Shown one piece after another: positions 26,689-40,257 of a stretch of 64,000 nt of DNA (its first letter is position 1; each line of letters starts with the position of its first letter). This stretch comes from Octopus vulgaris (lineage: Eukaryota), in NCBI GenBank assembly GCA_951406725.2, contig OX597819.1, positions 114,762,001 to 114,826,000 of the forward strand, in the 5' to 3' direction. The notes under the pieces are model-generated. The model was not told the origin of the DNA. It saw only the letters and a list, made by a program, of their open reading frames with translations, and made no database searches. Made by a program: the position numbers and the translations under genes.

Positions 26689-26880
26689 CGAGCTGGCAGA
26701 AACGTTAGCACGCCAGGCGTTCTGAGTTCAAATTCTGCCGAGGTCGACTTTGCCTTTCATCCTTTCGGGGTCGATAAATTAAGTACCAGTTACACACTGG
26801 GGTCGATGTAATCGACTTAATCCGTCTGTCTGTCCTTGTTTGTCTTCTGTGTTTAGCCCCTTGTGGATAGTAAAGAAATA
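26689..26880 (+). mobile_element. SINE family A copy with internal deletion
   Basis: CGAGCTGGCAGAAACGTTAGCACGCCAGGCGTTCTGAGTTCAAATTC... Confidence 0.8.
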
Positions 26881-27684
26881 AGTATGTGTCCCCTGCTTTT
26901 GTATCTTATGAAGGCAATGTGATTTGAGGGAGATAGAGCTACTTTCTCTAGCAATTAAATGAATTTTTTGATTATTAGCAATAGTAAGATCTTTAAAAAA
27001 AACTGAAATAAAAATTCTGTAACAAAATTGTCACTTACTTAGGTTTTATGGAATTTCAAATTAGATTTTAAGTACAATATTTTAGCATGGATAGTGTATG
27101 TTGGGTCACTAACAGGAGATTTAGAGTTGGCTTAAGGAGGTTGCTATTTCTATCGAAATACATGAATTAGCTACACAACCATGAAATATACTTAGCTGTT
27201 TGATGTTTTACAGTCAAATGTTTGTGATAGCTTAGAAGTTTATTTTAATAATAATGTCAGTAGGTCTGGTAGACAACCATAACTTCCCAGAATGATATAA
27301 TAAACACATAGGTTAATGTCATTCTTGTATTTTATAAGTTTGTTTTTTTTGTTAACACTTGTTGGCATAATTTGAAAGGTTAATTATTTGTTTCATGATT
27401 TCTACTTCCTTCTCTCTTGTTTCCTGCTGTAACTCTTATGTGTATCAACTTAGTTAATGTATTTACATTTGTGGTTATAGTACTATAATTCAGGCAGTAA
27501 CCTGTATAAATTAGATTCTGTGAATAGTAGTGCAGCTATGGCAAAATGATTTACTGGATAAGGCACGAATCACTTAATTTGTTTTTAATCCCCTGAAAGG
27601 AAACTTTATCAAGCAGCGCTTTTATCGGACTTTATCAATCTTCACTTCAGCCAACTGATGTGAATAGACACCAGATCTGAGATC

Positions 27685-27967
27685 TTTTACAAAGAGAAGG
27701 CAGTGTGTACATTAAGTAAAGTTACATTTTCTAGTCATACTGACTCATAAGGGCCTGTTTCCCAGTTTCATGGCTTATATGTTCCCCATCTGGACAGGAT
27801 GCCAATCCATTGCAGGATTATTCATTTTTGTTAGCTGAGTGGACTGGAGCAACATGAGAATGAAGTGTTTTGCTCAAGAACACAATGTATTGTCCGGTCC
27901 AGGAACCAAAACTACAATCTTATGATCACGAGTCCAACACCCTAACCACTAAGCCATATTCCTTCAC
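27685..27967 (-). mobile_element. tRNA-derived SINE, family C
   Basis: Reverse complement has a GGCTTAGTGGTTAGGGTGTTGGACTC head and a GTGTTCTTGAGCAAAACACTT segment; related copy at ~34905-35175. Confidence 0.6.
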
Positions 27968-29029
27968 AATTAAGTGGTAGATGGATGACTGTTTTGCTAA
28001 AGTATCCTTGAAATCTAAGATCAGGACAGGGTCCTTTCTAGTATTAGAGGGGAAATGTAAGTGCTTGTAGAAAATAAATTTTTACTTTCAGGTTGACAGA
28101 TAAGCGACCATTTTGGATTTAAGGTTTAAACAACTTTTTCCTTGAGGCATTTTGCAGACTTTGTCAGTGGCTAGTTTTTCATTTGAATACAAATTAAACT
28201 TAGTTCTTTGAGGCTCCTCATCTTCTGATTGCAGTAACTTTGTTTAATCCAAGGTCAGCCTCAAGTCCTGTGATGAAAAGGACCAAATTGCTCAATCCAT
28301 TGTGTCCTTGTCTTTTTTTTATTTTTTTATTGCTGACTGTGTTACAGGTTTCCAATAAGAATCCTTCGTCTTCATTTGTAATTGTTCAATGATACTTTTA
28401 CAATATCTTTTTGTTGTAGTGATTTTGTATATGAATATTTGGTCTTGTGTTAAAATAAGTTGATTAAATCAATGATAAGGGAACCTTGTCAAGTCTTACA
28501 ATTGAATGAATGCATTGTTGACTGAATTGGATTTTTTCCGAATATTACTGCTATTTTAACTATTCATGTTCTCTAATTGTATTATATACATGTGTAGAGA
28601 AGATAGAAATGACCATCAGATGGTGTAGATTTGATAGTATATGCACCTATTTTTAGTAGGTCAAGCAACTGTAAATTTCTCTAGGTAAGTTGGCTCACTA
28701 TAGTGTTTTAGGTTTTTTTTTTTTTTTAATCTGTTAATGAGATCTATCTATAATCCCTTTTTATTTAAATTAGGACCAACCCTATAATTTTCTAGGTTAT
28801 TAATCTCATCAAAATGTATATTTAGTTTTTAGTTTTTCTCCAATCAAGTGTCTTATTTCTTATTGTTTGATGTCCATTTTCCATTCTGGTATGAATTGGA
28901 CAGTTTGATAGGGGCTGACTAGGCAGAAGGCTGCATTGGGCTTCACTGTCTGTTTTGGCATGGTTTTTATGGCTGGATGCCCTTCTTTCACCAACCACCT
29001 TACAAAGTGAATGTGTACATACACACATA

Positions 29030-30112
29030 AAAATGGAGTATCCTCCAAAAGGTATGCACACATTGAATGACTATAAGTTAGTGTTTATTGAAATGAATTT
29101 CATTTTTGAAATCTAATGGAATCTAGACAATTCAATTTTTTTTAATGGAAGTTTGTTTTCGAACTGGTGATTGTTCTGGTCCAGGCACTGTTGATAAAGC
29201 AATAGAATCGTGGAGATCAAGAAAAATTTTGTTCGGTATCTCTGTGCACTTTTGTTCAGTGGCTGCTCTTGATTTGACTGTTGCTGGAACTGTACTGTAA
29301 ACGTTATCCTTTAGGTATTCCCATAGAAAATCTATTGGCATGAGGTCTGGTGAACATGTCCGGTATCCCATCTTGCTGGAAATAAATCTCTACATCTTCA
29401 ATGTCTTCTTGAATGTTCAACATGACATTGTACCATAATAATTCACTGTACCATAACAAAAAAAAAAAGTCCAATCCTTTTGATAAGCCAGTAGCTCCTA
29501 GTAAATTAACACATTCCTCTGTAATATGCAGATGCTTAAGTTCCCAGTGAGTGCAATTGTGATGATTGATTGAGCCATTTAATTTAAATTTAACCTCATT
29601 ACTCTAGTCTTTGTTGGAAAGTATGCATCCTCTACACATCCTCCAAAGTACCACTTGGAAAAACTCCACACTTCTGTCTGGATAATCTTTGTTGAGATTA
29701 TGGACTACACTTAGAATGTAAGTTTTCAATGACAGCACTTCAGAATGCTTGATTTTGAAATTTGTCTCATGACTTGTTACACAGATTTTCTTCAATTCTA
29801 AAAATAGATTTCTGGTATCCTTTCATGAGGTCATTTTCTGGAACACTACTTGGGGACATTTTAAACAGTTCTGTCAGCTTCAGACTTATTTCTAATTCAA
29901 GTGATGGCAAGTCACATAGATGGATTTGTTTGATACTCCCACCTAAACTGTTTTTGCACTTCAACTGTATTTCAAACTTCCAGTAGCACCTTAGGACTAA
30001 ATTTCCTCTGTTAAAGCTTAGTCTGGCCCCCTTCAATATTTCTAAAGGGTTAAGTTCACAATGGAAATTACCTGCTTTTAAAGTGTGTACACATTTTTGT
30101 GGGGGACAATGT
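29030..30112 (-). mobile_element. Decayed Tc1/mariner-superfamily transposon
   Basis: Minus-strand fragments SPDLMPIDFLWEYLKDNVY and LSVVHNLNKDYPDRSVEF; imperfect TIRs at ~29034-29062 and ~30082-30110. Confidence 0.75.
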
Positions 30113-32889
30113 GTGTGCATGTGCACATACACACAAATGCATCATTGACTGAATTCTAGCTAGGATCCTTCGTGTAACTTTCCTAAGTTTAGTCTCTTGA
30201 GTTAAGAAATAGTTTCTGAGTTGGTTTGAATTCAGTTTAAAACCACGTGCCTATCCAGTAATAAGACAGATGACTGTAGATTGAAAAAACATTGTAAACA
30301 TAAATGTTATAAAATACACAATGTAAAAGTCTGTAGAATGATTCCTCATACCTATTCATGACTAAGTGAAGGTGTGTGGTTTAGTGATTGGGGTATTTGG
30401 CTCATGATCATATGGTTGGAAGTTCAATTCTTGACAAGGCACTGTCCAGTTCATTTAGCTTGCAAAAGTGAGTTGTACTTGTATTTCAGAAGATCAGCCA
30501 TGTCACACTGTGTCCCCGAGAACTACATTAAGGGTACATATCTGTGGAGTGCTCAGCCACATGGACATTAATTTCACAAGCAGGCTGTTCTATTGATCAG
30601 ATCAACTGAAATCCTTGTTGTAACCAATGGAGTGCCATACCTAACCTTATATATATATATATATATATATACTTTTTTACAACTATTTTTGTTTTTATAG
30701 GCCACAGGCTTCCATCCATTTGTACAAAAACAAACATTAACACTATGTACTTGATATTCGGTCTCTATTTTAAGTAGGGTAATGCAATCCAAGTGTGTGT
30801 GTGTGTGTCTCTCCATGCATTTGCAGATGAACTGGCAGTCAGTAAACCATTGGATACAATTCTTTGTGATATTTGTCCTGTAGTCTTGGTGCATTTATGG
30901 AATTATTAATGTTGGACAGGATCTTTGTGTTCGGAATTCACACATTCTGGATGTGTTCAGTTTGGAAGTCCTTTTACCAGTAGCTAAGTATTTCTTTGTC
31001 ATGTCATTCTCTGTAGTATAGGGGAGAGAGCGTGCAAGCAAGGATTCAGGGAAAACTGAAGCACAAACCTAAAATAGTATCTCTTCACTATATACATATA
31101 TAATACACACACAAATACATGCATTTGTGCGTGTGTGTACATACACACACGCACCTCCTTTGAAGATATGAAAAGGATAAAAGCTTGGTTTAATTATTTA
31201 TTGGCAAGATCATCTTTTAAATGTCATTAAATGTTAGGGGGACACAGAATGGTCATTTTAGTGTAATGTTCTCATGGTTAGCATGGTAACAGTTGACTGA
31301 GATGGGGGTTTATTACAGCTTTACTGCTGTCCTCTTATAAATTAGCTGTCAGGGTGATGGGGATTATATATCAAGGTGGAGGAGGTTGTCTTCTCTGGTT
31401 TTCATCATCACCAGTCTCTGGTTACTCTGTCATCATCCATTTCATTCTACTGCACCCTCTTCTACACCACCTTAAATATTTCAAATTTTTTAGCAAAGGG
31501 AAGTTTGAATGTTTCTAAATTTTGAGAACCTGTTTGAATGTTATACCTAAAGAAGCCCTCTAATCCTGAGCTCCCCATCCTATGTCTGCTTTAATCCTTT
31601 TCCTATCTTTTCTTACATTCTCTACCCATTTCTTTAGAGCTCTCTTGGTTCCTCTTTGTCTGTCTCAGTCTGTATTTAGCAGTTAAACCAAGCCTCTTGT
31701 ATTGATTTCGTTTTGTGAATAACTGGCCAATTTGTTACTGCATTTTTGCCAAGTAGTCGATATTTTGCAAGAGGCAAACCCACCTGTTTTATCATTCCTA
31801 CTGTCTCATATGACAAATTTCCTTGTTAAACTTTCCAAAATTGTAATTTGCAAAATTGTGACCAAGAATTTGTTTAGTCTACTGGTATTTATTTATTTGA
31901 ACAAATTTACACTATGGGTACTGGACCCTCATATTCAGGCATATAATTATAAAAAAAAAATTGCTTTGTACCAATATCAAAGTAACCACGATATGGCTCT
32001 TGAGTGCTTTTGTAGAGTCCACACTGTTGTAAGCATTAAGTATAGTTCTCTAATCTGCAGATATTTTGGTGTATTCCTTTATATTTTAGCAGCCTATGAA
32101 TTGTTGATCCAGCAAGCCAAAGTATTGTCACTTAGTATAAAGTGATGTTAAGGGAGATGGATTGGACTGTTCTAGCAAACTATGTAAAAAGGCAGTGGGC
32201 AGAATGTAATTTGAAGGAAATTCTTGGTTGTATACATGTACAGGTTTGTCATTCACAGGTGAATATAACCTGGAGGTTTGTACCACTTTGGCAAATTGTT
32301 TTCACTTCCTATGTAGACATATTCCCTCTCAACCTTGATTAAGCAGAATATCAAGGATGTGACAAAGAGGGCTGAAGAAGCAATTGACTGCATTAATTTT
32401 CATCTGACGAGTGTCAGTGCCATGTAAAAAGTACACAAGTACATGCTGTGAAGTAAATGGCTTTAGGAAGGGAATCCAGTTATAGAAACCATTCCAAATG
32501 GACATTGGAGCTTTACACAGTCCTTTGGCTCATCAGTTCCTGTCAAACCATCCAAAGCCATGGATGTTAAACTGATGATCTCAATGATAGACTGGAGCAA
32601 TGTGAGATAATGTGCTTTGGTTATGGATGCAGCATACTGCCCAATTTAGGAATTGAACTTAGGACTTAATCAGTCCAACACCCTAACCACTTAGACATAT
32701 TCCTTCACATGTCCCTGGGTACTTGCAGAATATTGGTCTAACTGGTAATCAGCTGATCTGGAAATATTTCCTGGAAAATCTTGAACAGTTGGTGGGGATG
32801 ATGGATTTACTTTCCAAGACTTTAGAATAACTTACTGATTCCTCTCCTCAATCTTTTTAAAACGTTATTTTCTTTTAATCTCTTTGCAG

Positions 32890-33015
32890 TGGAAGATGGT
32901 GCCAAAAGAGTGTCAAGGAAGAGAAAACAAGAGAAGTTGTTGAAAGAAAGAAATGCGTTCAAAAATATGTCACTCGTTGTGGATTTTTTTCTTTGGACTC
33001 GTGTACTTTTTACAA
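32890..33015 (+). CDS. EMI-domain membrane protein, coding exon 2 (EMI N-half)
   Basis: Polypyrimidine tract with TTTGCAG acceptor and GTATG donor; 126 nt, phase 2-2; GRWCQKSVKEEKTREVVERKKCVQKYVTRCGFFSLDSCTFY. Confidence 0.85.
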
Positions 33016-33137
33016 GTATGTTATACAATGAGCTTTTTATTTGAACTTTTCCTTGTATTCATCAAGTTTTGTTTGTATCTTTAATTTCTCTCCAGATTTC
33101 TGAAAATTATACACATTAAAAAAAAAAATCTTTTTAA

Positions 33138-33358
33138 CCCTTTCGTTACTATATTTATTTTAAGATGCTCTGTGTTTCTTTCAATTATTTTAAATATAAT
33201 AAAGAATCTAGTAAAATAACTTAGTTATCATTTAGCTAGTGTTAGGAACATAAATTGCAACTAAGGTTTGGTGGAAGATTTTAATAAAAAACTTATGAAA
33301 ACAAGACATTAATACTACAGAGCCAGAGCCAGTTTTGGCCGGGTTGGTAACGAAAGGG
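33138..33358. mobile_element. piggyBac-type MITE (221 bp)
   Basis: TTAA|CCCTTTCGTTAC ... GTAACGAAAGGG|TTAA. Confidence 0.85.
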
Positions 33359-34370
33359 TTAACCAAAAATCTAATGTTTAATGCTGTTTAGAATAAGATA
33401 TTAGTTTGTAATTTAAGTCTTACTGCATGCACAATATTGAGTCTAGATCTCTCATAGCATCTTCCAATCAATCTCTATTGTAAGAATAGATAGCTTTAAG
33501 AATTTTTGCATGTTGTTCTCTATCACCAGTTATCCCTTCCTTTACCCTGAATTACATTGCCTTAATGCTTTCAAAGCTGCTGTCACTCTCTCGTGGACCA
33601 TCAACATCTACACCCCAAATCAAAATCTGGTTTTGCTATATCTGCCCTTATGCTTTTCTGGCCTCTTTCTGTCACTATACATTTTTCCACCCACACTTTC
33701 CCACCCCACACATCTCCTTATTTCACATCTATCTTAGTTTTATTACACTGCTGCTTGTTACCCTTTTTGTAATGCCATTTATCACCTCCTCCTCTCTAAG
33801 CCATTTTTTTCTTTTACCTTCTCTCCAAAACTGACATTTACTATTTAACATGCTTCCACCCTTGCTTCCCAGTCACTATGCTCATCTCATCATCTGTCAC
33901 TTGCATCTTGCACTCTTATGAACTTAACCAACCACCTCTCTTGATCTCTATTTTTTTTTTTGTTTTAGATTCTTTTTGTATTTTGAGAGTATGCCCAAAC
34001 ATTTCATCCCTGCCATCCTTATGTCTTTTTCGAGTTACTGCCACTCTTATATAACGAGATAGCCATGTCTCCCCTCTTGAGCATGGCACCTGTTTTTGCC
34101 TCTCTATCAAACTTTTAGCTTCTCAACACCTGGCATAAAGCCACTACTCTCTACTACAATGATACTGTAAAAAAAAAAAAGCACCTAGTATACACTGTAA
34201 AGTGGTCAGTGTTAAGGGCATTCAACTACAGAAACCAAAATAAGGTATATAGAACATAGAAACACTTGACAGGCCATGTGTGCATTTCATGTCAATGTTA
34301 AAAAATATGATCATTAAAAGCTTATATCCTGTCCACAAGTCCATCATCCTTTTTATATATTTTCCACTAG

Positions 34371-34474
34371 GACAACAACTTGTTTGAAACGATATGACCA
34401 AAATATAACTATATACCACACAGTGTTAGACTGTTGTCCAGGCTGGGCTAAAACTGATGGTGAAACTTGTGTTG
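34371..34474 (+). CDS. EMI-domain membrane protein, coding exon 3 (EMI C-half)
   Basis: TTTTCCACTAG acceptor, GTAAGT donor; 104 nt, phase 2-1; TTTCLKRYDQNITIYHTVLDCCPGWAKTDGETCV with the CCPGW hallmark. Confidence 0.88.
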
Positions 34475-35642
34475 GTAAGTTTGCTTTTTCTCTTAATATT
34501 GTACTTTTTGTGAACAATGAATATTTCCAATAAGCCAACCACTGGTTCACTGTTTTAAAGAAGCATCACCCACTTCAGCAGAAAAAAAAAAAATTAAATC
34601 TCAAATGTTAAGATACATATTGGCTTGTCGGTTTACTCACTGCTATTTACATTGTTTGTTGCTATATCTTAGCAAAGGATTTATACAGATCTGTGTCTGA
34701 TAGTTTTCTGCACTGTTTCCATTTACCAAATTATATTCGCAGGCATTGACCACCTAAGGTTATGCTTGAAGATGTTTGCAGACAGTGCTAAGCGACATCT
34801 AACCTGGAAAGACACAACTGGAAAATGACAAATTAACTATTCAACAAGGCTATACTGAGAAAAATTATATATATATATGTATGTATGTATATCTATATGT
34901 ATATCACCGTGACTGATCAGGCTATTAGATGTTGCTACACATCGCTGGTCACAATGCGCTTCGCATTGTTTTAGCCTTCAAATTATGCTGGTTAAGCGAG
35001 CAGGCAAACAGAAGAAAGAGTACAGCAGGGATCACCACCATCCCCTGCCGGAGCCTTGTGGAGCTTTTCAGGTGTTTTCACTCAATAAACACACACAACA
35101 CCCGGTCCGGGAATCGAAACCGCGATCCTATGACCGTGAGTCCGCTGCCCTAACCACTGGGCCATTGCACCTCCACACACACTCACACACATATATATAT
35201 ATATATATATAATAATTTAATAAATAAAATATATGCATACATACATATATGTACGTACCTACATCTACATGTATATATACATGCATATATATATATGAGT
35301 ACAGGACACCACAAATAAACGTAGAACTCAACGAGAAACGAAAACATAAAAACAAACTAGGAAACGGACTTTTTTTTAACAACGAAAAAACAGAGTACAA
35401 GACAAACAATACAAGGAATATTCCCCTTCATCAGCTGTCCCTGGTTCGACTCAATACATGTTTTGAAGGTAGTGTGTATGACTTTTAAGTTACTCAAATG
35501 CAGATATATATCTATATATAATAGTAAATTTGAGTAACTCTAAAATAAATTAAGACCTATTTTCAAATTTCTCAGTACTTTCAAAATACAATCTAAATAG
35601 TATGTATTTATTTTCAAATCCATGACTTTTTTTGTTTTGCAG

Positions 35643-35772
35643 AACTAGCTCGGCGCTCTAAGTCATTACCATCAATTCATGAACTCTCTATTGGGACCTT
35701 AGCTGCCATTTGCAGTGCAAGTTTCTTCATCATGATCATCTTGTTCTTCATTGTAAAAGCTGTCTGGAAAAA
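35643..35772 (+). CDS. EMI-domain membrane protein, coding exon 4 (transmembrane helix)
   Basis: TTTTGCAG acceptor, GTAAGT donor; 130 nt, phase 1-2; LARRSKSLPSIHELSIGTLAAICSASFFIMIILFFIVKAVWK. Confidence 0.88.
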
Positions 35773-36138
35773 GTAAGTTTTATTTATTTGTGCTTTCTGG
35801 ATGAAGAAAGGATTTTTTTTCTTTCATATCTTTTAACATTTCAGTAGTTTTAGTAATTATGCCACTGATCTCAGCTTGGAGTTAAGTCTGCATTCACAAT
35901 AAAAATTTTGAGTTGAAACTGGTTGAAATATGCATTTATAGGATTCTGGAACAATTGAAAGTTAGGCTTGTTGATATTTAGAATAAAAGTCAAAACAATG
36001 GATATATAACCTGGCAGAAAAGCATTATCCAGTTTTCCTCAAATTGCACTCTTCTGTTCTTCAAAATGGAAGGACATAGCTAGATTTATAAAAAAGGTGA
36101 TTGAACACAAGTGGGGCATATTTTGGTCATGAGTTTAA

Positions 36139-36359
36139 CCCTTTCATTACCGTATTTATTTTGAGATGTTCTTTGTTTCTTTCAATTACTTTAAATATAA
36201 CAAAGAATTTAGCAAAATAAGTTAGTTATCATTAAGCTAGTGTTAGGAACAGAAATTGTGACTAAGGTTTAGTGGAAGATTTTAATTCAAAACTTATGAA
36301 AACGAGACATTTGTACTACAGAGCCAGAGCTGGTTTCAGCCGAGTTGGTAATGAAAGGG
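36139..36359. mobile_element. piggyBac-type MITE (221 bp), second copy
   Basis: TTAA|CCCTTTCATTAC ... GTAATGAAAGGG|TTAA; highly similar to 33138-33358, same orientation. Confidence 0.85.
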
Positions 36360-36558
36360 TTAATCTGGGCTGACTTGGAAATAATGGAACCTTATATGTA
36401 TTACTTTAAGTTTGTAAAATTGTAATTACCAATATATATTTTCTCAGAAATTTTTTGAATGAATTTATTGAAAGCTTTGAAATATTTAAAAAAAAAATTT
36501 AAGTATCTTAGTTATCTTAATTTCTTTAAAATATTTTAAATATGTATACATTTATAGA

Positions 36559-36839
36559 GATGTACTTGCATAGCGAGTGACTTGATCTGAGATTGTGTGC
36601 TGGAACGAAAACAATTGCAGCGTGAAAGGTGTTTATAAGCCATTTAAGAAACACACAAAAACCGTTAGATTCACTTCAGCATTTAGATTTAATTCTCAGA
36701 TGCAGCACGAAGTTTTGTCAGTGAACAGGTCGTGGTCTCAAAGCGACGAAAATATTTTGACAAATTAAATTTAAATGTTGAAGTGTATCTAACGGTTTTT
36801 GTGTTTCTTAAATGGCTTATAAACACCTTCCACGCTGCA
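36559..36839 (+). mobile_element. Small Penelope-like non-autonomous insert with ~80-bp inverted repeat and hammerhead
   Basis: 13-bp direct flanks ATACATTTATAGA (36546-36558, 36840-36852); inverted repeat ~36614-36694 / 36763-36841; hammerhead fold between the arms. Confidence 0.65.
36714..36764 (+). ncRNA. Minimal type I hammerhead ribozyme, G3-C8 variant
   Basis: TTTGTCA-GTGAACA-G-GTCG(TGGTCTCAAAG)CGAC-GAAA-ATAT-TT-TGACAAA; 7-bp stem I, palindromic ATAT stem III, UUU triplet. Confidence 0.6.
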
Positions 36840-37894
36840 ATACATTTATAGAATTCTCTGCTAAATACTATCTTAGTTAAAATAGATGTTCCTTCTGTAC
36901 AGAAGAGTGATCTTATTTCAAGAAAGCAAGCAAACTTTGAACTACAGTTTAATGACCAGAATGAGTTTGAGGGAATCTGCAATACAACACATTTTGGAAT
37001 CTTGTCTCTGCTTCATCATATCTGGGAAGCTTATCACTGAAGTCTGATCTGTGTTTTTTGAGTCTTTGATCTGCCTTGGATATCTGGTTGTAAAAGTTGG
37101 TACTGGTTGCGGTGGTTTGTCAGTAAATGCTTTTAGCTTTGTTTACTGTCGAGTGTAATGCCTATTTTACATTGTTTTGAATTATGTATTGTCTCATGGC
37201 TTCAAGATTTCAATGATTCATTTTTGAATAACATTGTAGGGCAACTGTGAGAGGCAAGAGCTGGCAATTTGAGCACAAGACAGAATATTTGGGCTTGATA
37301 TGACCAGTTTGAATACTAGGATTAAATTTAATTCTTCCCACACTTGAACATTTTATACTCCTCTTTTACAAATCTCAATCTCATTTTATCTCCCATTAAC
37401 TCTGCCTCCCTTCAGTGTTATCAGTGGGTAACAGGAAAAGAATTTATATAAAGCAGATAAATGAAGTATAATTAAGATAATTATTAGTAATAAATTAAAA
37501 AGGTTGGTTTAGTTTAAGAGTTTGAATTATGCATGATTAACATTGTGTTTACATGAAAATGAGAATTGCTTACCAATGGCTTTTTATCTGTGAATGCTTC
37601 TTGCAAAATTACAGTTGGATGGTTGTCATTTGAAAGCTACATCATTATCACTGTGCAGGCATATGTGTATAAGTGTGATGAAGACATTGATTTTGAATCA
37701 ATATCTGGTTCTTGCAATATGGTGTGCAGTGTCAGACATCTGTGAATGTCAGATATAACGAGCTTCTGTTTATAGAGTCACTGGTTGGAATTGGCTCATC
37801 TTAATCCCAAGTGAATGCTGATACAAGTAATGATGGACAGTTTCTTTTTACTAAATTCCTCTTACAAAGCATTGGTCAGCCTAAGACTATGACA

Positions 37895-39198
37895 CAAGGT
37901 GCATTCCAGAAATTTTCAGACCTTTTTTAAAGAAACATTAATTAATTTCAAAGTACAAAACTTTAATCTCCTTCAAAGTAGGTTCCTCTGACTGTAATGC
38001 ACTTATTCTAGTGCTCCAGCCTCTTTGTGAAGTTCTCATGGAAGCCCTCCAAGGACTCTTATTACAGCCTCCTTCATTTTCTCAGTCTTCAAAATAACTG
38101 CCCATGTGGCTCTCCTTCAGCTTGAGGAACAATCCAGTCACAGAGAGCAAGGTCTTGACTGTAGGGAGGGTTAGGAACAGTTTTGATATCCCTCTCCTCT
38201 CTGTCAAGAAGTTGGTCACCTGGATGTAACTGTGGGTAGTGCATTGACCTTGTGCAGAAGCCACTGACCTGAATGGAGGAGCTCTGGCCTTTTGCAGGGG
38301 AATCTCTTTTGGAACTCTCTCAAAACCTCCAAAGAACTCTTAATTGGTCATCTGCTAGACAGAACCCAGTGCATATAGATGATGCCCTTCATGTTAAAAA
38401 AAGGAGATCAACATGAACTTCCTGGTGGACTTGCTTTGCCAAGTATTCTTGGGTCTGGTGAAGCCAGGCTGCTTCAATAGTGCACTCTGTCTCTTGGTCT
38501 CTGGATCATGAAAGTAGATCCAGCTTTTGTCACAGGTCACCAGAAACTCTAATCTTTGATAGGAGGGAATGAACTCAACCATCACCCTGCTGTCCCCAAC
38601 TCATCTTTCCTTCTGATTGTCACTGAGTACTCTGGGAACAAACTTTGCATAAATTTTGTGCATTCTCAGATCTTCATGGATAATTCTGTGTACAGTTGCC
38701 ACCTCAACTCCAAACTGCAGGCATAGTCTTTGCAGACATTTGGTGGTCTTTGTCCAGAAAATTGCAAATTTTTTCAACCAGCTCGGATGTTTTGACCTCC
38801 CTGTCACATCTCATTGTTTCTCACCTCTACTATCCTGCAACCTTTTGTGCTAGCAAAAAAAAAAAAAAGAAAACCGCTTGGCTCCTGCAAGTGAATCCCT
38901 AAGCAGTCTGGAGCATTTCATAAATTTCTGTAGCATTTTGCCTAATTTAATACAAAATTTTTATTGCATATTGAGTGAGCTTCCAAGTTGTCTTCGTCCC
39001 CTGACTGCATTCTGCAAACTAGTGAACAGTATTTAGTAGGATGTGTTGTTCAAAGTGCTGTGAGCCGTCTTCTTCAATGTAGAATAATAAAAGTTGGCAG
39101 GTCAGCTTATTAGATGTATAGTAATGCTAAATTACAATTATCTAGGACAGTTAGAACTACCTACTCTAAAAGTCTCAAAACTTCTGGAATGCACCTCG
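37895..39198 (-). mobile_element. Decayed mariner transposon nested in a SINE B remnant
   Basis: Fragments TVHRIIHEDLRMHKIYAKFVPRVL and LVTCDKSWIYFHDPETKRQS; TIRs AGGTGCATTCCAGAA / TTCTGGAATGCACCT; ~1.3 kb. Confidence 0.85.
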
Positions 39199-40257
39199 CA
39201 GAAGACATTTGTTTAAGGTGTTGTGGGATTTGAACCTGGAACCAATGGGTTGTAAAGAGGACTTCTTAATCCTGCAGCCATATCTGTATCCTTTAACAGG
39301 TAATTTCCCCCATCTCAAAGTATGTTTAATTCACTACTTTTAGGAATGGCATTATTGCAAAGGTTGTGATTTGGTAGAAAGAGAAGAGTATAAGACAAAT
39401 TATCTTAAAAGTATTTTGTTTTATTTCTACTAGGATTGATTATGACTGTTGCCCCTGCAAACTTGACAAAATAAGTACTAGGTATGTACTGGGATTGATG
39501 CAATCCATTACACCAGTTCCCAAGGTTGAGCCTCTGTGGTCACTTAACCTGCTAGAAATAGCAACCTAATCACCCATAAATCACATCCTCAGCTTTAAAA
39601 AAAGTCACATTGGTTAATATACTTCTAGACAGACTACAATAATGATTGTATAGTCATGATTAGAATGACTTGATCCTATGTCTGCTAAGCAATAAATGTT
39701 ATATTGGGGTCAATGCAAAGTCATGCTATTGTTGGAGGGTGTAATTAGGCTAGCTAGGGGCTTGAGTTTTGTTGATTGAATCAGCTGTTCTGTATTACTG
39801 GTACTCATGCCAACTAATGTGGGGATTTCTCCTTACAATTGTATACATGAATACCAAAGTTGAGACCAGTGGCATACTTATTTCTTCAGGGAGCAAATAT
39901 GGGGTTTTCACTTGTTTCTGCCAGCTCATAGGGCTATACTTAGTTGCTCACTTGCTCATTGAGTCTTGAAGGGCCAAAGTTTGTGTCCCTTGCAGGCCCT
40001 CTAGGACTGGTTAGATCAATACTTTTGAAGTTCTGTGTGAGTAGGGACATTTCAGAAAGCAGATATTCTGGGGAAGAAGGAATAGGGATAGTGGGGTTGG
40101 ATGCAACAAACGAGTGTGATGAAGTATGTTTCTAAATAATCGTTTTATCTTCTAATAGGTTAAAAGGAACATTTTTCTTTTGGCTTTTGATATGTGAAGC
40201 AAAATATCTTCAGCCTGGTATTGAAACCAGAAAGAACTCAACTCACAAAGATACATG

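Noticed and set aside
28348-28377. Possible extra small exon after TGTGTTACAG in intron 1
   Set aside because: Weak donor, and exon 1 already joins exon 2 in phase; no supporting protein motif.
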